Shown here piece after piece: positions 59,172 to 64,000 of a DNA stretch of 64,000 nt (its first letter is position 1; every line of letters begins with the position of its first letter). Below the pieces are notes generated by a model. It saw nothing but the letters and a program-made list of their open reading frames with translations, made no database searches and had not been told where the DNA came from. Origin of the DNA: Priapulus caudatus (lineage: Eukaryota); assembly GCF_000485595.1 (NCBI RefSeq), contig NW_014577090.1, forward strand, positions 792,728 to 856,727, given 5' to 3'. A program made the translations under genes and the position numbers.

Positions 59172-62100
59172 AGAGGAGAAGAGAGACAGAGAGAGAGGAG
59201 GAGGGGTAATTGACATATGAGGAACAACAAAACGCGCCGAAGGTACGGATTCTGCGGTTTCCCTAACAGATTCCAGACAGAAATCTAAAAGAGTTCGTTG
59301 TCGCGCCAACCACCGTAAATGTCTAGATATAATAACGACGAAACAAAGAGAGAAGACAAAGATAATATGCATAGATAGGATGGATAGATATACATATTAT
59401 TTAATATAACATTTATACATATATAAAATAATACATATATAGCATATATCGGGATAGACATAATATTGACATAGGAAGAGATGAAAATCTTGGTCTGTTA
59501 TAAGAACAATAGATTCTTGTTTGCGCGGGTCCAACACCTAAGTAGGGTCCATGATATTCGTCAATGTGTAAAGCGGGTAGACTACCAAGCTAAGTTGTTT
59601 CTTACCGCGAATGTCAACTAACTAATATGCTAATGCGCTTCAACTGGATTAATTGATTTGATATAATTGATTGGCCGACGCTCGTTGTTTTAAGGAAATT
59701 TGTTGCTCATTGCAAGTTCGTAAGCTATAACGACAACGAGAACGAAATACACAAAAGAAAAAATTGCGGTTTTTTTTCTCTTTCCCCATCAGCTGGTGAA
59801 GGTTTATTCATCTAGGAATCTCTATTGGTAAACACGACAGCACAATCACGGCAATTTACAGTAGCATCGGGTATTAGCAGTAGAGCGATAGAGACATTCC
59901 ATAAAAATTGAGAAAGATTTTTTCCATACCATATAAACTTTCTGGGCGTCGATATCCTTAACGATGGCACAAAACGCATGACATCTATAACACGTGTTGT
60001 AAAACGCAGGTAAGTCTAATATTCTATCGAAATATTTCATCTGCCAATTCGTATCATATTCGCACATCTCACCCCGCGCCCAGACCCAAATCCTCATAGT
60101 CTGATCAATAATTGCCTTTCACCTGTCCGCTGTATTTCTACTATTTCTGGAGCTCACTGTCTGCATTTCTCTTCTCGCTCTCCTCCCCATATCTCGTCGT
60201 CTGTTTCCTCTCACTCTGTCTGTACTGACCCCTCTCCCAATCCCCATTTTTTCAGCCAGCTGCATCCTACTTCCGGTCTCATGCCTCCTTTCACGTTCTG
60301 TCACCGTTTGTGATACGGAATTTCCTAATTGACAGCGATTGGCTGGCTGCTGCCAAATCAGCAGGCACACGATGCGGCGCTGTCCATGACGACGATCTAA
60401 TTCGAACGTGGACGCGCAGCCGCAACGTGAGTTACGTGCGCGGCCCATTCGGCGATGGCATTGATTGATGACATATTTACGGTCCGCGTTGACTGACAAT
60501 ACGTACGCAGCGTCCCCAGTGGCTTTCGTGATTTTGGTTACAAATGCGGTAATCTATGAGATGCTGTGTCGTAATGACGGCTGTATCGTGTACAATTACC
60601 TCGGGTACAATGACTCGCCTCGTTCTCTCTTTGCTCTCTCAGCCAATTGCGCGCGACGTTTTCATGCAGTTATGACGACAGCGAAGGATTCAACGCGCTA
60701 TAGAAAAGCGATACGTGTGAAAGATGGTTATTCGAAACGAACGCTCTGTGCTTTCGTGTTCGACAAACACGTAAGCATCAACATGCAACTATTTCTTCAC
60801 TGTGGCATTTCATATATAAAAAGTCCATAGCAAACAGTCTCGCACGTATTCTTAAATGAGACATTCAGCGCCATCTACCCGGCAGTCGTTTACATCTTGT
60901 AATGTGTATTATTTCTACGTCCGTTCGGCCATTGCAGACTGCAGTGTACGTTCCGTAGCGTATGCTGGCTCTACAACTCTGTGTGCGTGTGTAGTGTATT
61001 CGTGTGTAGTGTATGTGGCGTGTGGTGGCGTATGTGCGTGCGTGCGTAGTATGTTGTGTTTGCGTGTGCACTGTGCGTGTCTGTAATGTCTGTCTGCTGT
61101 CTCCATCCGTCCGTCTGCTGCCTGTCTTGTCTGATCCGTTCGTTCTTGTTGTCCTGTCTGTCTCTGTCTTTTGTTGTCCATCGTAGTCTCTGTCATGTCT
61201 GTCTGTAGTTGAGTGCCTGACTCTTGTTAATCTCAGGATCGTCTAGATGATCGGTACACGAAGGAGCTCTGTCTTTGTCTGCTTTCTTTTTTTTACCAGA
61301 CGGAAGCCGCGAAAGCGTCTTCGCGACGCCTTCGAGCTCTGTTTCTGTCGCGCCAGATGTCGTCGTCACCTCCACTACTACGTCGTCGGTGTTGACGCCA
61401 TCCACGCTTCGCGCGCTCGTTAATAGCTGCCTGCAGTCCAGCAGCGGCGGCAGTGCCCGCGTGCTTTCGTTCTGTCCGTCAGCTTTATGGCTTGCGCGGC
61501 ACTGTGAGAACGAGACAGCGCGCAAGCTGGAGACTGCTCCCGGATAGTCGCGAGGCAGGTGTCGGAGCGATCACTTTCTGTAAAACAGCAAATACAGTAC
61601 CGGAGATTATGATATGCTGATGTGAGTGCGCGAGCAGCAACCCGGGCGTAGACTGAGCAAATTCTAGCGGAGGGTGGGCAAATTTCAATGACTCAACTGT
61701 GTATGATGAGCGACGGCGCAAGCTCTTCGATCGACGTCCATAGTGTGGTAGGGTGGGTCAGGCAACAAGGCTTGGGAGCAGAGGCTCCAGATATAGTGAC
61801 GCCAAAAAATCGCGTTAGTGTTATTTTACGATTATTGGGTAAGCTACTTATTTTAATTGTGGCCAAAAGTCTAGGGGATGCCCGCATTCCCTCCCAGCTG
61901 CTACGGCCGTCTGCAATACCGTATACCTGCTGTCGGCATGTGCCGATATAACTTGCTAGCTGTTCATCTCCGCTGCTTAGTTCAATCACAACTGTGTAAT
62001 GGACAGACGCGTCCACTATCGAGCGAGACTCGCGCGCCAGAAGCTGAGCATGCCGTCCTCCATCTCTCCGAAGTCTGGACACACGAAATCTCGACCGCGA

Positions 62101-62204
62101 CCACGAAGCAGCAAGCGCACCGGAAGCTCCTACGCGACTTTGATTTGTCGGAAATAACTCGTAATCACCGTTACGTCAAGCTGCCTGAGAAGAGAAAGTG
62201 TGGT

Positions 62205-62421
62205 GTTATAGGCAGCGCTGCGAGGCCAAGTGCGATGTTATAGAGGGCGCTGAGAGGATGTGCAAAGTTATAGGCGGCGCTGCGAGGAAGTGCGATGTTA
62301 TAGAGGGCGCTGAGAGGATGTGCAAAGTTATAGACGGCACTGCAAGGAAGTGCGATGGTATAGAGGGCGCTGAGAGGATGTGCAAAGTTATAGACGGCAC
62401 TGCAAGGAAGTGCGATGTTAT
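62205..62421. repeat. 60-bp (2 x 30-bp) minisatellite in a guanylate cyclase intron; copies at about 52200-52297 and 52770-52845
   Basis: Unit gttataggcggcgctgcgaggaagtgcgat-gttatagagggcgctgagaggatgtgcaaa. Confidence 0.9.
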
Positions 62422-62804
62422 ACGCTGAGATTGAATCACCACAGGTTTGTTACCATATGCAGTTGGATGATGAGACGCGTCGTCAGTCTAATAATTGGAG
62501 GGCTGACAGCCCGGACAATAAAGCTGAATAAAACTATAAAGCTAGATAATAAAGCTAAGGCACATCGTCTCCTATAGTAGACACTGCGAGGAAGCGCAAT
62601 GTTATAGAGGGTGCTTCAAGGTTTATACGTGCGTCTATCTGCGTATAAAAATGTGTTTTTAATATTTTTAATTAGGTTTTGTTGCGTGGCGCGTGATCAT
62701 GGGACGTGGGGTAATGTCGTGGGTATATATCACATATCTAGGAGGTCATAGAGAGTTCCCAATGGCTAGAGTTCTCCTTATATCTTTCGGTATAAATAAA
62801 TAAC

Positions 62805-62841
<37 letters not shown>

Positions 62842-62981
62842 CGGGAGAGATTGAGAGATAGATGTAGAGAGAAAGAAAGGGAGAAAGAGAGAGCGATAGA
62901 TCGACAAAGAAATTATTGAGGAAGGAAATATGGCACAGTTGAAAGCGCACTGCAGAATATAGGAGAGGTCGGCTAGCTTAC

Positions 62982-63800
62982 CGTTTGGTTTCCAGACTAA
63001 TGTTGACTATGTCTCCTTGTCCACCACTCTCCATGGTGTTAGCTACGGTGTTCGTGCTGCCGAACAGGCAGTAACGCGGCATTTTACTACCCACCACCCC
63101 CGCTGTTGTCGGCCCCGAGTGTATACCAACACGAATCTGAAACCGCATGCAGGACACGCTCATTTTAACAGCGGTTACGTATATACATTGACCAGCTTAT
63201 ATAGAAGCTTATCGTCGGTCAAGCTTTCTGACTACAAATTAACTAGCCACCTATAGTAGTGATTAGTCTGCTAAGCTAGATCATACAATTAGCTAAATGC
63301 TTTGATCTGACATTTTGATAGAATTTTCGGTTGCTTCGGTTGTATTCATGGCAACGAAAAGCGTCTCTCAGCGGACCGTGTGCGGGTGAGCCCGTGAGTG
63401 ATCACCGCTGAGGGTGTGTGAGGATTCGTCCCCTTCATGATGAACAGAATGCTAGCCGGCTGCGTGTGTAATAAATGCTGCGGCAACAGCTAACCTTTTC
63501 TCTCATCACGACACACGCACTATACGCGCGCACACACGCACGCACGCACGCACGCACACACATTACCGCTCTCTTTCCCTCTCTGCCGCTCGCTCTCCGT
63601 CTCCCTCTCTCCTGCTTCTTCTTCGTCTTCCTCTATCGCACACCCTCTCTCACCGTGATCGGAGTTTTCTCAACAGGAGACATGATCTTCTTGGTAGCTT
63701 GGATCATGCCGAGGCCCATCGCAACCATCTGATCGGCGTGCGTGTCCGTGTAGACGGGCAGGGCACTAACGGCGACGTAAGCGTCACCTATAGTCTCCAC
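62982..63800 (-). CDS. Soluble guanylate cyclase, alpha-subunit-like, catalytic-domain exons (gene continues beyond the window end)
   Basis: Exon 63800-63654 [15 protein letters not shown]... and exon 63136-62982 [46 protein letters not shown]. Guanine-specifying E and C present. The next exon (phase 2, RQLTYGDYEF...) starts at 62184 in error-rich sequence. Confidence 0.85.
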
Positions 63801-64000
63801 CTGAGAACAACGTCGCCGTCGCGCGGGGAGAGAAGATAAGATGGAGAGAGATGTAGCTGCCGCTTACAGGCGGTTCCGCGTGCGAATGGTGGGTGAATAA
63901 GATGAGGGGGCGGCGGTGAAGGAGCAGCAGCAGGAGGAGGAGCAGCAGCAGCAGGAGGAGGAGCAGGAGGAGCAGCAGCAGCTGGAAGAGGAAGAGGAGC

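Noticed and set aside
57000..60900. Possible missing last FAM47 exon or further genes
   Set aside because: Sequence looks error-rich and repeat-derived; no supportable reading frame.
62198..62442. Regularly spaced repeats resembling a CRISPR array or repeat protein
   Set aside because: Head-to-tail minisatellite without unique spacers, inside a eukaryotic intron.

Overview
Eukaryotic, intron-rich animal genomic DNA; it looks like an invertebrate, but the taxon cannot be fixed from sequence alone. I reconstructed the exons by hand and checked splice phases. The window holds: the 3' part of SAC3D1 (+); a complete PGM2-family phosphomutase gene (+, about 601 aa); an SLC16 monocarboxylate transporter gene nested antisense in PGM2 intron 3; a complete MCMDC2 (-, about 686 aa, one GC-AG intron) head-to-head with a FAM47 gene (+, apparent frameshift, last exon not seen); and the 3' exons of a soluble guanylate cyclase alpha-like gene (-). 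Introns are full of MITEs with clear TIR/TSD signatures. There is also a LINE fragment and a decayed, intron-containing Academ-type transposon inserted into a duplicated FAM47 exon. The standout finding is a pair of tandem 94-nt mutually exclusive exons in PGM2 that swap the substrate-binding loop (FEESIG vs FEEAIG), echoing the vertebrate PGM2L1/PGM2 paralog split. The second is two diverged copies of a ~210-bp multi-hairpin element with compensatory base changes, each just downstream of a splice donor. Stretches 27104-29342 and much of 46210-52300 and 57000-62200 look like error-rich long-read gap fill and need caution.
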